Assembly: GCA_031390755.1 (NCBI GenBank)
Contig: JANMTS010000105.1
Location: 64,007 to 128,006 of the forward strand
Reading direction: 5' to 3'
DNA: 64,000 nucleotides
From: Holophagales bacterium
GTDB lineage: Bacteria > Acidobacteriota > Thermoanaerobaculia > Multivoradales > UBA5704
Positions 54,732 through 64,000 of this stretch are shown here, piece by piece. A model generated the notes under the pieces. That model saw only the letters and a program-made list of their open reading frames with translations, made no database searches and was not told the origin of the DNA. The translations under genes and the position numbers were made by a program. Numbering within the stretch: the stretch's first letter is position 1; each line of letters starts with the position of its first letter.

Positions 54732-56189
54732 CTACTCCCTCTCGACCACCATCGCGAAGCCCACGCCGCCGGCCGCGCAGACCGTGGCCAAGCCCAGGTT
54801 CTGGCCGCGGCGGCGCAGCTCGTAGAGAAGCTGCATGGCGACCCGGGCTCCCGTGGCGCCGAAGGGGTGGCCGATGGAGATCGAGCCGCCGGTGACGTTG
54901 AAGCGGTCGAAGTCGACCACGCCGAGCGGCTCGCTCCGGCCCAGCTCCTCCTGCGCGAACTTCTTCGAGGCGAAGGCCTTCATGTTGGAGAGGATCTGCG
55001 CGGCGAACGCCTCGTGCATCTCGATCAGGTCCATGTCCCGGAGCTTCAGCCCGGCCGCGTCGAGAGCCGCGGGCGCGGCGTAGGCCGGGCCCTGGAGGAG
55101 CTGGTCCCCGGGGTTGAGCGCCGTGAACGCGTACGAGCGGATGTAGCCGAGTGGGGTCAAGCCCAGCGCCTTGGCCTTCTCCTCGCTCATCAGCAGCACG
55201 GCCGAGCCGCCGTCGGTCAGCGGGCTGGAGTTGCCGGCGGTGAGCGTGCCGTAGCGGCGGTCGAACACCGGCTTGAGCTTCTCCAGGGCTTCGAGGGTCG
55301 AGTCGCCGCGGATGCCGTTGTCCGCCGTGACCGCCTTGTCGTAGCGCGGCGGCGGGAAGGCTGCGGCGATCTGCTTGCCGAGCCGGCCGTCGGCCGTGGC
55401 CGCGGCGGCCCGCTGGTGGGAGAGGAGCGCGATCTCGTCCTGGGCGCGGCGGGAGATGTCGTTCTCCTTGGCCATCTTCTCCGCGGACTCGCCCATGCTC
55501 ATCCCGGTCGTGTACTCGGCGATCGCCGGGGCCACGGGAGCCAGATCCGCCGGCCGCAGCTTGCCCAGCGCGCCCATCTTCGCGGGCAGGGTCTTGGCCT
55601 TGTTCAGCTCCATGAAGGAGCGCGCCGCCTTGCGCGAGAACTGGATCGGGACGTTCGAGAGCGACTCGGCGCCGCCCGCGAGCACCACGTCGGCCTCGCC
55701 GGAGAGGATGGCGCCGGCCGCGAAGGTCATCGCCCGCGTCGACGACGCGCAGGCCAGGTTCACGGTCACGCCGGGGATGCTGAACGGCAGCGAGGTGCGG
55801 AAGACGACCTCGCGCCCCAGGTTCGGAGCATGCAGGGCCGGCACCACCACGCCGAAGACCGAGAGGTCGATCTCCTCGGGGTCGATCCCGGACCGCGCCA
55901 CCAGCTCGGCGGCGGCGGCGCTCGCCAAGTCGATCACGTCCATGTTCATGAAGTCGGTGCCCGACTTGATGAAGGGCGTGCGGCAGCCGTCCACGATCGC
56001 CACCCGGCCGCGGGGGCCCTTGAGATCCTGGCGGCCGGAGACGCGGGTCTTCACCGGCTTGCCGCTGCCGCGGGTCCAGACGGTGTCGGCGCGCTCCGCG
56101 ACCTCCTCCAGTGCGGAGGCGTTGTTGGGACGGCGCAAGGGCGCGGGGGGCTGCGCTTGAACCTGTTGGACCTGATTGCTCTCGGCCAT
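54732..56189 (-). CDS. acetyl-CoA C-acyltransferase (thiolase, FadI-like)
   Basis: ORF track, 485 aa. NLACASS active-site Cys, GNSSPLTDG, GGSISIGHPFGATG and CAAGGVG motifs. Confidence 0.9.
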   Translation of the reverse strand: MAESNQVQQVQAQPPAPLRRPNNASALEEVAERADTVWTRGSGKPVKTRVSGRQDLKGPRGRVAIVDGCRTPFIKSGTDFMNMDVIDLASAAAAELVARSGIDPEEIDLSVFGVVVPALHAPNLGREVVFRTSLPFSIPGVTVNLACASSTRAMTFAAGAILSGEADVVLAGGAESLSNVPIQFSRKAARSFMELNKAKTLPAKMGALGKLRPADLAPVAPAIAEYTTGMSMGESAEKMAKENDISRRAQDEIALLSHQRAAAATADGRLGKQIAAAFPPPRYDKAVTADNGIRGDSTLEALEKLKPVFDRRYGTLTAGNSSPLTDGGSAVLLMSEEKAKALGLTPLGYIRSYAFTALNPGDQLLQGPAYAAPAALDAAGLKLRDMDLIEMHEAFAAQILSNMKAFASKKFAQEELGRSEPLGVVDFDRFNVTGGSISIGHPFGATGARVAMQLLYELRRRGQNLGLATVCAAGGVGFAMVVERE

Positions 56190-56226
56190 GACGATCTCCT
56201 CTCAACCGCCTTCTATACCATCTACG

Positions 56227-57009
56227 TCACACTGCGGCAAGAACCCCGGTCCGCACCCCCCTCGATTCCCAGAACCCGCGGTCAGCTTCGGAGGGCGGTC
56301 CGCCGCTCCACAGCACGGTTCTGAGCCGTCCGAACGGCAGGCGGCCCTTCCGCCGGCTCCAGAACGGCGGCCGCTCTTCTTCCGCAGCGCGGCGGAAGGC
56401 GGCGACCTCCCGGGCGTTGCCGCAGAAGAGGGTCGGCCGCGCCCAGACCGCGGAGCCGACCAGGCTCTCCGGAGTCGGAGAGAGCAGGAGCGCCGCACCG
56501 TAGACCGTCGACCACGAGAGCAGGGCCCGGGCCGCGCCCAGCTCCGGGGACCGGCCGAGCACGGCGATCTCCCGCTCCCCATCCCCGGGAGCGAGAGAAT
56601 TCTGTAGGCTGGAGGCCGCGGCGAGCAGTCGCTCCTGGGTAACGTCCCTTTCGATCCCTTCCGAGAGCAGGACGCGACCGCCTGGACGCTCGGGCAACGC
56701 GTCACGGCCGTCGGAATCCCAGGCGGGAAGCTGGACGGTCCGGCCGGAGCCGGCCAGGGGTGCCGAGACCAGGCCTGCCGCCTGGATCGCCAGGTCGAGC
56801 ACGACGGCCTCGGGACGGGGGCTCCAGCCGAAATCGATGCGAGAGGCTTCAGGGGACCGGCTGGCGAGGGCGTCGGCCCAGAGCGTCAGATTGCGGGCGG
56901 CCCGGCCCCACGAGCACCACGGCCAGTGCCACCCTTCGGAGCGGAACAGCCAGGGGTCCTCGGGGTGGCGGGTGGCGTGATCGAACAGGGCGGAGGGGAG
57001 GGTGGTCAG
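56227..57009 (-). CDS. truncated acyl-CoA-synthetase-like (AMP-binding N-terminal-like) protein without a canonical start; possible gene remnant
   Basis: ORF 56227..57177 overlaps the upstream gene by 170 nt. The homologous-looking part begins LTTLPSALFDHATRHPEDPW at CTG 57009-57007, which overlaps the upstream TGA. There is no ATG/GTG/TTG nearby, and no AMP-binding P-loop motif. Confidence 0.4.
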   Translation of the reverse strand: MTTLPSALFDHATRHPEDPWLFRSEGWHWPWCSWGRAARNLTLWADALASRSPEASRIDFGWSPRPEAVVLDLAIQAAGLVSAPLAGSGRTVQLPAWDSDGRDALPERPGGRVLLSEGIERDVTQERLLAAASSLQNSLAPGDGEREIAVLGRSPELGAARALLSWSTVYGAALLLSPTPESLVGSAVWARPTLFCGNAREVAAFRRAAEEERPPFWSRRKGRLPFGRLRTVLWSGGPPSEADRGFWESRGVRTGVLAAV

Positions 57010-57284
57010 GCCGCGGCCTTCTTCATGACGGCGGTGATCTTCTTCTCGATCACCGGGCGCATGAGACTGGCGGGCGGACCGAGCTGGGCGCGGCCGACCA
57101 ATTGACCGGACTCCAGCGCGATCGTCGCCTTGGCTCCGGGACCGGACAGGTGCATCACGTCCCCCTCCCAGCGCCACTTGAGCATTCCACCCGGGAACTC
57201 TTCCTTGAGACAGGCGTCGAGCCGCGTCCTCAGCTCCTCGATGGACGTCGCCGCAGCCGGCACCTCGATGGTCAGGTCGCTCAT
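57006..57284 (-). CDS. polyhydroxyalkanoic-acid-system family small protein
   Basis: ORF track, 92 aa. ...LKWRWEGDVMHLSGPGAKATIALESGQLVGRAQLGPPASLMRPVIEKKI resembles the PHA_gran_rgn family. Recognised from memory. Confidence 0.6.
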   Translation of the reverse strand: MSDLTIEVPAAATSIEELRTRLDACLKEEFPGGMLKWRWEGDVMHLSGPGAKATIALESGQLVGRAQLGPPASLMRPVIEKKITAVMKKAAA

Positions 57285-57450
57285 GCGGCGAACGCTACCA
57301 CAGACCGGCCCCGCCTCCGCCCATTGCTGGTACCCTACAGGAGTGGATGCCGGGGAGGGCGCTCAGCCTCCCCGGGAGTAGTCCCGGGAGTATTGATGGA
57401 CGGTGCGGTGTTGCCACCCTTGGCAAGCATCACGCCCCGGAGAGCCAACG

Positions 57451-59190
57451 ATGAAACAGTCGATCCGTCGTCCCGCCGCCGCGGCCCTGGCCGCCCTGAT
57501 CGCCCTTCCCTTCCTGCCCGCTCCTGCCGCCGCCCAGACGGTGGCCAACGCCGACCTCTTCCTCAAGAGCCTCCAGGTCGCCCGGCAGGTGTCCGAGCAG
57601 TACGGCGATTACGACGACCCCTCCGAGCAGGCGCGGGTCAACCGGATCGGCTACGAGCTGGCCCAGCAGAGCGACTACCTCAAGGTGCCGTTCACGTTCA
57701 GCCTGGTCGACATGCCGGTGCCGAACGCCTTCGCGCTCCCGGGCGGCCAGATCTTCGTCACCCGCGGCATGCTCGACCTCGGCCTGGACGACGACATGCT
57801 GGCCGCCGTGCTCGGCCACGAGATCGGCCACGTCACCCTCGACCACTTCCGCCGCATGCAGCGCAAGCAGACCCTGCTCACCGTCCTGGGCAACCTGCTC
57901 GTCGTGGGCATGGTCGTCCAGGAGTCGAACCGGGACCACTCCGGCTACGAGGCGCCCTACGATCCTCGGGTCGGCTACGACCAGGGCGGCGACCGCATCC
58001 AGGGTGCGGCGGCCGCGAGCGCGGTGATCGGCGAGCTGCTCCTGCGCAGCTACAGCCGCGACCACGAGGACGAGGCGGACGAGGAGGGTCAGCGCCTCTC
58101 CGCGCTGGCCGGCTACGATCCGGACGGCGCCCGCCGGGTGTGGGAAAAGATGAACGCCATGGCGCCGCAACTCAAGGAGTACGGCTACATGCAGACCCAT
58201 CCGTTCGCCGACGAGCGCATGCGGGCGGCCGAGGCGCGGAGCGCGACCTGGAAGATCGAGTCGCGCAAGAACGCGGACGACTTCCGCCTGCGCACCCAGG
58301 GCACGCTGATGACCTGGATGAAGCAGGCCAAGCCGGCTCCAGAGGAGGCGTCGTTCGTCAAGAGCGTCTCCCTCGCCGCCTGGCCGGCGGGCGGGGTGGC
58401 CGTGGGGCTGCGGTTGGAAAAGCTTCACTCCGAGCGCGACGAGGAGCTGTCCAAGCCGCTCCTCTCCCGGGACTACGGCTCCGTCCTGCGCACCTATCGC
58501 GAGCAGCTGGCGACCGTCCGGTCTCTCGACTCGAAGAGCGAAGCCATCCCCGGCCTGGAGACGGAGGTCCGGGATCTGGAGATGAAGAGCCGGGAGCTGT
58601 ATCCCAAGGCTCTCGACGTCCTCGACCGCGGCGTGTACGAAACGTCCTTCCTGATCGCCTTCGTGAGCAATTTCCCCGACTCGCCGCGCGTGCCCGAAGT
58701 GGCGCTCGCCCTGGGCGACGCCTACAGCCGCCTGGGCAACCCCACGGAAGCGGTGAGCCGATATCTGGAATCCTGGGACGCGGCCCCGGAGAGCCCGGAA
58801 GGGAAGCGGGCCAGCGCAGGCCTGCGGATGCTGGCCAACAGCATGGACCAGCTCGCCGCCTTGCAGCAGCTCGTCGCCCAGGATCGGGACCCCGAATTGA
58901 AGAAGATGGCCGGCGACCGGCTCAACGTGGCCGCGAAGAGCTACGCCGATCTCTCGAACGGCGCCGAGTATCTGCGCCGGTTCCCCGAAGGGGATCACGT
59001 GGTGGATGTGCTGAGCCGGCTCAACGTCCTGGCCGACAATCTCTATACGGAGATGGTGCTCTACCGGGGCATGGGAGATTCGGTGAAGGCCATGGAGCGG
59101 ATCAACAAGATCCTGACCCACGCGCCTCTCTCGCCCGCGGCGGAGCGTTTGCGCGACCAGGTGGTGTTCAGCGAAGCCAAGGCAGGGTAG
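57451..59190 (+). CDS. M48-family zinc metallopeptidase with C-terminal helical-repeat (TPR-like) region
   Basis: ORF 57403..59190 trimmed to ATG 57451 (signal peptide). NAFALPGGQIFVTRG and HEIGHV motifs. Confidence 0.85.
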   Translation: MKQSIRRPAAAALAALIALPFLPAPAAAQTVANADLFLKSLQVARQVSEQYGDYDDPSEQARVNRIGYELAQQSDYLKVPFTFSLVDMPVPNAFALPGGQIFVTRGMLDLGLDDDMLAAVLGHEIGHVTLDHFRRMQRKQTLLTVLGNLLVVGMVVQESNRDHSGYEAPYDPRVGYDQGGDRIQGAAAASAVIGELLLRSYSRDHEDEADEEGQRLSALAGYDPDGARRVWEKMNAMAPQLKEYGYMQTHPFADERMRAAEARSATWKIESRKNADDFRLRTQGTLMTWMKQAKPAPEEASFVKSVSLAAWPAGGVAVGLRLEKLHSERDEELSKPLLSRDYGSVLRTYREQLATVRSLDSKSEAIPGLETEVRDLEMKSRELYPKALDVLDRGVYETSFLIAFVSNFPDSPRVPEVALALGDAYSRLGNPTEAVSRYLESWDAAPESPEGKRASAGLRMLANSMDQLAALQQLVAQDRDPELKKMAGDRLNVAAKSYADLSNGAEYLRRFPEGDHVVDVLSRLNVLADNLYTEMVLYRGMGDSVKAMERINKILTHAPLSPAAERLRDQVVFSEAKAG

Positions 59191-59218
59191 GTACTCGGCG
59201 AAATCGAGAAGCCTCGCG

Positions 59219-61306
59219 TCAGCCGCCCATCAGCCGGCGCGCCTCCCGGGCCTCCGGAGACCCCGGCGCCCGGCTCAGGATCTGCTCGAAGTAGCGCCGC
59301 GCCCCCTCCCGGTCCCCTTTCTTCTGGAGCACGCGGCCGGCGGCCAGGAGCGGCGGTAGCTCGCCGGGGCCGATCCTGCCGGCTTCGAGGTAGCGCTCCA
59401 GGGCGAGGTCGAGCCTGCCCTGATTTTCTAACTGCTGCCCCCAGACGAGCCAGGCGGGCAGCCACGCCGGAGTCAGCTCCACCGCCTGCCGGAAGTGCCG
59501 GTCGGAGGCCTCGGCGTCTCCAGCCTTCGCGTCGGCCTCGCCCAATCTAACCAGGATCGAAGCGCTCTCGGTGCCGGCCTGGACCGCCTGGTTGAGAATC
59601 CTGCGCACCTCGGCGGGGCGGCCGGCCTTCTGCTCGAGATCGGCCAGCCCCCACCAGGCGGCGGCGAAGCGCGGGTTCAGATCGAGGGTCAGCCCGTACT
59701 CCTTGCGGGCTTCGCTCAGGCGGCCCAGCTGGACGTAGGCTCCGGCGAGGTTCTCGTGCAGAAAATCGAGCTTGGGGTTCTCTCCCGCGGCCTTGCGATA
59801 GGTGGCGATCGCGGCCTCGCCGTCGCCGGACGCGATCTGCGCCGTGGCGAGCGCCGTGAGGAACGGGATGTTGCCCGGGCTGCGGCGCACCAGCTCGGTC
59901 AGCCGGGTCACGGCGGTCCGGGCCTCGCCCCGCTGGGTGAGGAGCTTGGCGTCCATGAATTCGGCGAGCAGGGGCACGCCGTCCTTGGGATCGAGCGTCC
60001 CCTTGCCGCTCGTGCCGGAGCCCGATGCATAGCCGAGGCTCTGGAGCGACCGCGCCAGCTCGGGATCGGCGGCCTCGGCCTTGCGCGGCTTGAACGAGCC
60101 CTGGACCGTCTGGAGGGCCCCCTTGAGACGCCGGGCCTCGTCGCGGCGGTCGTTCACGAGGTTGCGCGTCTCCCCGGGGTCCGCTCCCAGGTCGTAGAGC
60201 TCGGGCCGCGGCGCGACGATGAGCTTCCAGCGGCCGTCGAAAGCCGATTCCAGGGGGCTCCAGCCGTAGGCGGTCAGGGGGAAACGGGACTCCAGGTAGA
60301 TCGTGCCCGCGGGCTTTCCGCCAATCCCGGGAAGCGGTTCGCCGAACGGGTTGGCCGGTCCGCCGCCGGCCAGGCGCAAGAGCGTCGAGGCCAGGCGGAT
60401 GGACGGCGCCGGCTCCGCGGCAACTTTTCCTTTCGGAACGCCGGGGCCGGCGACGATCAGCGGGACGTGCATCGTGGAGTGGTAGACGAACACCCCGTGG
60501 GTCCGCTCGCCGTGCTCGCCGAGCGACTCGCCATGGTCGCCGACGGCCGCGATCAGATGGCGCTCGGCACCGCCGGGCAGCCCGGCCAGCAGGCGGCCGA
60601 TCTCGCGGTCCATGAAGGTGACCTCGCCGGCATAGAGCTGCGCGGCCGAGGAGCGGGGGTCGACGTCCGGCGGCGAGTAGGGCGCGTGGGGATCGTAGTA
60701 ATGGACCCACAGGAAGAACGGCTTGCCCGCGGGCCGCTTCGCCAGCCAGGCCAGCGCCGCGTCGGTCATCTGCCGGGCGTTGCGCTCGGGGTAGCCATAC
60801 TCGCCGATCTGCTCGGCCGGAGCCTTGTCGTCGTAGACCTGAAACCCGCGGTCCAGGCCGAAGCGCCGGTCGAGCACCCGAGACGCCACGAACGCCGCCG
60901 TCGAATACCCGCGGGCCGCGAACGCCGCCGGCAACGTCGGCACGTCCTTCGGCAGCACGGCCGTGCCGTTGTCGTGGATGCCATGCTCGGGAGGCACCAG
61001 GCCGGTGAGCAGGGAGACGTGGGCCGGCAGGGTCAGCGGCACCGGGCTGATCGCGCCCGTCCACCGGGTTCCCCGAGCCGCGAGCGCGTCGAGGCTCGGC
61101 GTGCGCACCCCCTTGGCGCCGTAGGAACCGAGAGCGTCGGCCCGCGTCGTGTCGAGCGTGAGCAGCACGACGCTCGGCGACCCGGCCGGAGCCGCCGCCG
61201 TCGCGGCCACCGGTTTCGGAGCCGGCCGGACGAGCGCTACGGCGAAGACCGCCGCGACCAGAAGGGCAGCCAGGGCCAGCAGACGGCGGGAGGTGGTCCG
61301 AGTCAT
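59219..61306 (-). CDS. sulfatase-like (alkaline-phosphatase superfamily) hydrolase/transferase fused to TPR repeats
   Basis: ORF track, 695 aa. N-terminal anchor; LTLDTTRADALGSYG, TLPAHVSLLTG and GDHGESLGEHG motifs; C-terminal TPRs. Confidence 0.85.
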   Translation of the reverse strand: MTRTTSRRLLALAALLVAAVFAVALVRPAPKPVAATAAAPAGSPSVVLLTLDTTRADALGSYGAKGVRTPSLDALAARGTRWTGAISPVPLTLPAHVSLLTGLVPPEHGIHDNGTAVLPKDVPTLPAAFAARGYSTAAFVASRVLDRRFGLDRGFQVYDDKAPAEQIGEYGYPERNARQMTDAALAWLAKRPAGKPFFLWVHYYDPHAPYSPPDVDPRSSAAQLYAGEVTFMDREIGRLLAGLPGGAERHLIAAVGDHGESLGEHGERTHGVFVYHSTMHVPLIVAGPGVPKGKVAAEPAPSIRLASTLLRLAGGGPANPFGEPLPGIGGKPAGTIYLESRFPLTAYGWSPLESAFDGRWKLIVAPRPELYDLGADPGETRNLVNDRRDEARRLKGALQTVQGSFKPRKAEAADPELARSLQSLGYASGSGTSGKGTLDPKDGVPLLAEFMDAKLLTQRGEARTAVTRLTELVRRSPGNIPFLTALATAQIASGDGEAAIATYRKAAGENPKLDFLHENLAGAYVQLGRLSEARKEYGLTLDLNPRFAAAWWGLADLEQKAGRPAEVRRILNQAVQAGTESASILVRLGEADAKAGDAEASDRHFRQAVELTPAWLPAWLVWGQQLENQGRLDLALERYLEAGRIGPGELPPLLAAGRVLQKKGDREGARRYFEQILSRAPGSPEAREARRLMGG

Positions 61307-61382
61307 AAGGGAAGCATAGCCCAGGTTCTTGCCGGCACCCGGGAGTGAGTGATACCCTCTTACTCACCCAAAAGATCTCCCA

Positions 61383-61676
61383 ATGTCGCGTTTTCAAGCC
61401 CAGACCGACAGCGTCCTCGATCGCGAGCTGACCGCGCTTCGCGAGCGGCTCAGCTTGCGCGAGAACCAGAAGGTCGCCGCGGTCGAACGGTTGACCCGGA
61501 GACAGGAGGCCGGAGTCTTGAGCCGGATCGATCTGGAGCCCGCCGAGGTCGAGCGGCTCTTCGAGATCCTCGACCGGGAGTTCTCGCCGACTCCGGCCCT
61601 GCGCCGCGCCCTGGCGAGCCTGGCCGACCCGAAGCGCAAGCCTCCCCGGTTGTCCTGGAAAGAGACCGCGGCCTGA
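61383..61676 (+). CDS. hypothetical small coiled-coil protein
   Basis: ORF track, 97 aa. No clear RBS. The composition is protein-like rather than shadow-like. Confidence 0.35.
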   Translation: MSRFQAQTDSVLDRELTALRERLSLRENQKVAAVERLTRRQEAGVLSRIDLEPAEVERLFEILDREFSPTPALRRALASLADPKRKPPRLSWKETAA

Positions 61677-61932
61677 TCCCGCTACGGCACACCGAGAAGG
61701 ATCTGAAGCCGCTGGTCGGCAACTGAGAGGGTGTTTGGAAAGTCCCTTTCCTCAGGCTCCCCCAGTCTGCAGGCCTCGGAACCAGCCTTTCCAAACAGCC
61801 TCTGAGGTCCGGCTCCTCCGACACCCCTTCGCCTTTCCCGGGTCGCCGCGGCACGCGTTCCGGGAACATTCATCCTTCGATCCTTGACTATCGGTGCTAC
61901 CATTCCAGGAACGTTGTTGGAGATCCTTTCTC

Positions 61933-64000
61933 ATGCTTTGGAGGTTGCCGGCCCCGCCGGATCTGCCGCTTTCGGACGGCCAGAGGGCTCTGTGGTTTCT
62001 TCAAAGCCTCAGGCCTGACGCCGCCGCGTGGAACATCGCCGCCGCCGCACTCGTCCGGGAGCCGCGCGAGGGTCTGGATGCCGTGCGTCTCTGCCGCGCG
62101 TTCGAGGCGCTGGCCGTCCGGCATGACGCTCTTCGGCTGAGCTTCCACGAGACTCCGGACGGGCCGGTCGGACGCCTCCGCGCCGAGCCGGCGATCGACT
62201 TCGCAGCTCCCCTGGACACGTTCCGGGATTGGGAACGGGTACGGGACTATCTCCATCAGGAGGCGGACCGGCCGTTCGATCTCGCCAGCGATCCCCTGGT
62301 CCGCGTCCGGCTGCTCAAGACCGGCGAAGGCGACATCCTCCTCCTCGTCATCCATCACCTGATCGCTGATCTCGGATCGCTGGCCTTGGTGGTCCGCGAT
62401 CTGGGTCCGCTCTACGAAGGGGCTACGGTCCCAGAGCCGTCCTCCGTTTCGAAAACCCCGGGCGGGTCGAATCGCCATGAGGCCTACTGGATGGAACGGC
62501 TGGCCGGCGAGCTGCCCGTCCTGGAGCTGCCCACCGACCGTGTACGACCTGCCGAGCGGACGTTCCGGGGCGGCTCGCGGACCCGGACGCTCGGGCCGGA
62601 GCTGACCGAGCGCCTTCGCGCTCTCGGCAAGGACCACCAGGCCACTCTGTTCAGCGTCCTTCTCGCCGGTCTCGATGTCCTTCTCCATAGGGGTTCCGGG
62701 CAGACCGATCTCCTGATCGGGTCGCCCACCTCGGGACGGCTCGATCCGGCGCTGGCGGAGGCGGTCGGATATCTGGTGAACCCGGTCGTGCTGCGGTCCG
62801 ACCTCTCGGGCTCGCCGACGTTCGGGCAGCTTCTCGGCCAGGTCCGGCGGACGGTGATGGGCGCGCTGCGGCACCAGGGCGTGCCGTTCCCTCGGCTGGT
62901 CGAGCGGCTTCAGCCCGACCGCGATCCATCCCGGCCGCCGATCTTCCAGGTGATGCTCGCGTATCAGAAGGCGCATCTGGAAGGCACGGGAGACCTGGCC
63001 GCGTTCGCCCTCGGAACCCCCGGCGCGCAGATCCGCACCGGATCTCTCGACCTTGAATCGCTGCCCCTCGAACGCCGCTTCTCCCAGCTCGACCTGGAGC
63101 TGATGGCGGCCGAGACCTCGCGCGGAGTCGAGCTGGCGCTGACGTTCAACGCCGATCTCTTCGAGCCGGCCACGGCCGAGCGGCTGCTGGGGCATCTGGA
63201 GACGCTGCTCGCGGGCGCGGTCGAGAACCCGGACCGTAGCATCGGCGAGCTGCCGATCCTCACCTCCGCCGAGCGGGTTCAGCTCCTTGCCTTGAACCGG
63301 ACCGGGACGCCGCTTCCGGATCGCCGAGTCCACGAGCTGTTCGCGGATCAGGCGGCCCGGACTCCGGACGCAATTGCCGTGTCGGGGCCGGACTGCGAGC
63401 TGACCTATCGGGAGCTGAGCGAGAGGTCCGACCGGGCGGCGGCGTCTTTCTCTCCAGGTCCAGTGCCCGTGCGGGCCGAGCGCGGCGTCTCCCTGGTGGC
63501 GACTCTGCTGGGAATCCTGAAGGCCGGCGGTATCTACATGCCGATCCATCCGGACCAGCCCGAGGCCCGGACGCAGGCGATGATCGAGCGGAGCCGGAGC
63601 CTCGGCTCGTCCCCTCCGTTCGACCTGGCCTATCTCCTGTTCACCTCGGGCTCGACGGGCGAGCCCAAGGGCGTGATGGTCCCTCACCGGGGGCTGCTCA
63701 ACCATCTGCTCGCGAAGGTTCGCGACCTCGGGCTGACTCCGGATGACCGGGTCGCCCAGACGGCGGCGGCGAGCTTCGACATCTCCCTCTGGCAGATGCT
63801 GGCGCCGCTCCTCGCGGGTGCCCGGGTGGAGATCCTGTCGGACGAGGCCGTTCTGGACCCGGCGTGCCTTCTCGCCGAGGTGGAGCACCGCGGGATCACC
63901 GTGCTGGAGCTGGTGCCGTCGCTGATCGGTCCTCTGCTGGAGGCGATGGCCGGGCCGCCCCGCGGACTGCGGTTGATGATCTCCACGGGCGAGGCGCTGC
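61933..64000 (+). CDS. non-ribosomal peptide synthetase, N-terminal condensation domain then adenylation domain (partial, runs off the right edge)
   Basis: Hand translation from ATG 61933 gives MLWRLPAPPDLPLSDGQRALWFLQ... Verified codon by codon: LLVIHHLIADLGS (62341-62379, a C-domain HHxxxD motif) and LAYLLFTSGSTGEPKGVMVPHR (63625-63690, the A3 core). Not in the ORF track because there is no stop in the window. ORF 61897..63888(-) is its shadow. Confidence 0.88.
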   Translation, partial: MLWRLPAPPDLPLSDGQRALWFLQSLRPDAAAWNIAAAALVREPREGLDAVRLCRAFEALAVRHDALRLSFHETPDGPVGRLRAEPAIDFAAPLDTFRDWERVRDYLHQEADRPFDLASDPLVRVRLLKTGEGDILLLVIHHLIADLGSLALVVRDLGPLYEGATVPEPSSVSKTPGGSNRHEAYWMERLAGELPVLELPTDRVRPAERTFRGGSRTRTLGPELTERLRALGKDHQATLFSVLLAGLDVLLHRGSGQTDLLIGSPTSGRLDPALAEAVGYLVNPVVLRSDLSGSPTFGQLLGQVRRTVMGALRHQGVPFPRLVERLQPDRDPSRPPIFQVMLAYQKAHLEGTGDLAAFALGTPGAQIRTGSLDLESLPLERRFSQLDLELMAAETSRGVELALTFNADLFEPATAERLLGHLETLLAGAVENPDRSIGELPILTSAERVQLLALNRTGTPLPDRRVHELFADQAARTPDAIAVSGPDCELTYRELSERSDRAAASFSPGPVPVRAERGVSLVATLLGILKAGGIYMPIHPDQPEARTQAMIERSRSLGSSPPFDLAYLLFTSGSTGEPKGVMVPHRGLLNHLLAKVRDLGLTPDDRVAQTAAASFDISLWQMLAPLLAGARVEILSDEAVLDPACLLAEVEHRGITVLELVPSLIGPLLEAMAGPPRGLRLMISTGEAL

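Noticed and set aside
61897-63888. 663-aa minus-strand ORF at the right end
   Set aside because: It is the shadow of the NRPS frame. I verified the + frame codon by codon at the HHxxxD and FTSGSTGEPKG motifs.

Overview
This is a 64-kb, very GC-rich chromosomal segment; lines I hand-counted run about 68-72% GC. It comes from a diderm bacterium, judging by a TonB-dependent receptor, an Omp85-type barrel, an ECF sigma factor and TPR-sulfatase-type proteins. My guess is Acidobacteriota-like, but the sequence alone cannot fix the lineage.

I call about 57 protein-coding genes at high density. Most of the long ORFs in the six-frame track are Arg/Gly/Pro-rich antisense shadows of real genes.

Recognisable content:
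- ettA
- a lysine-biosynthesis operon (M20 dapE-like, asd, lysC, dapB, dapA, dapD)
- a UbiD-family decarboxylase, a penicillin-acylase family protein, a cysteine-synthase family enzyme and a FadI-like thiolase
- a PAS-GAF histidine kinase with a receiver and an EAL protein
- an ECF sigma / anti-sigma pair
- two type II toxin-antitoxin pairs
- a sortase with a single LPSTA-type substrate
- an orphan GspE-like ATPase
- an NRPS (C-A...) that runs off the right edge

I recognised no rRNA, tRNA, CRISPR array, transposase or integrase.

Structure not explained by the genes:
1. Two arrays of about 0.5 kb made of 41-42-nt palindromic tandem units (27456-27976 and 42929-43440). They share a 47-nt terminal hairpin module in mirror orientation and bracket about 15 kb.
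2. A lower-GC insert of about 5.9 kb after dapD. It carries a WD40 + KAP-family P-loop NTPase fusion and small accessory genes, with no mobility gene.
3. A 330-bp block of about 46% GC (5845-6180) packed with TGTTGCA iterons, TAACCTT/AAGGTTA inverted repeats and TTATCC boxes.
4. Two dispersed hairpin repeat families sitting at gene ends.
5. A tandem palindromic operator-like pair in the lysine-operon promoter.

All family names come from my own pattern recognition and need HMM or BLAST confirmation.
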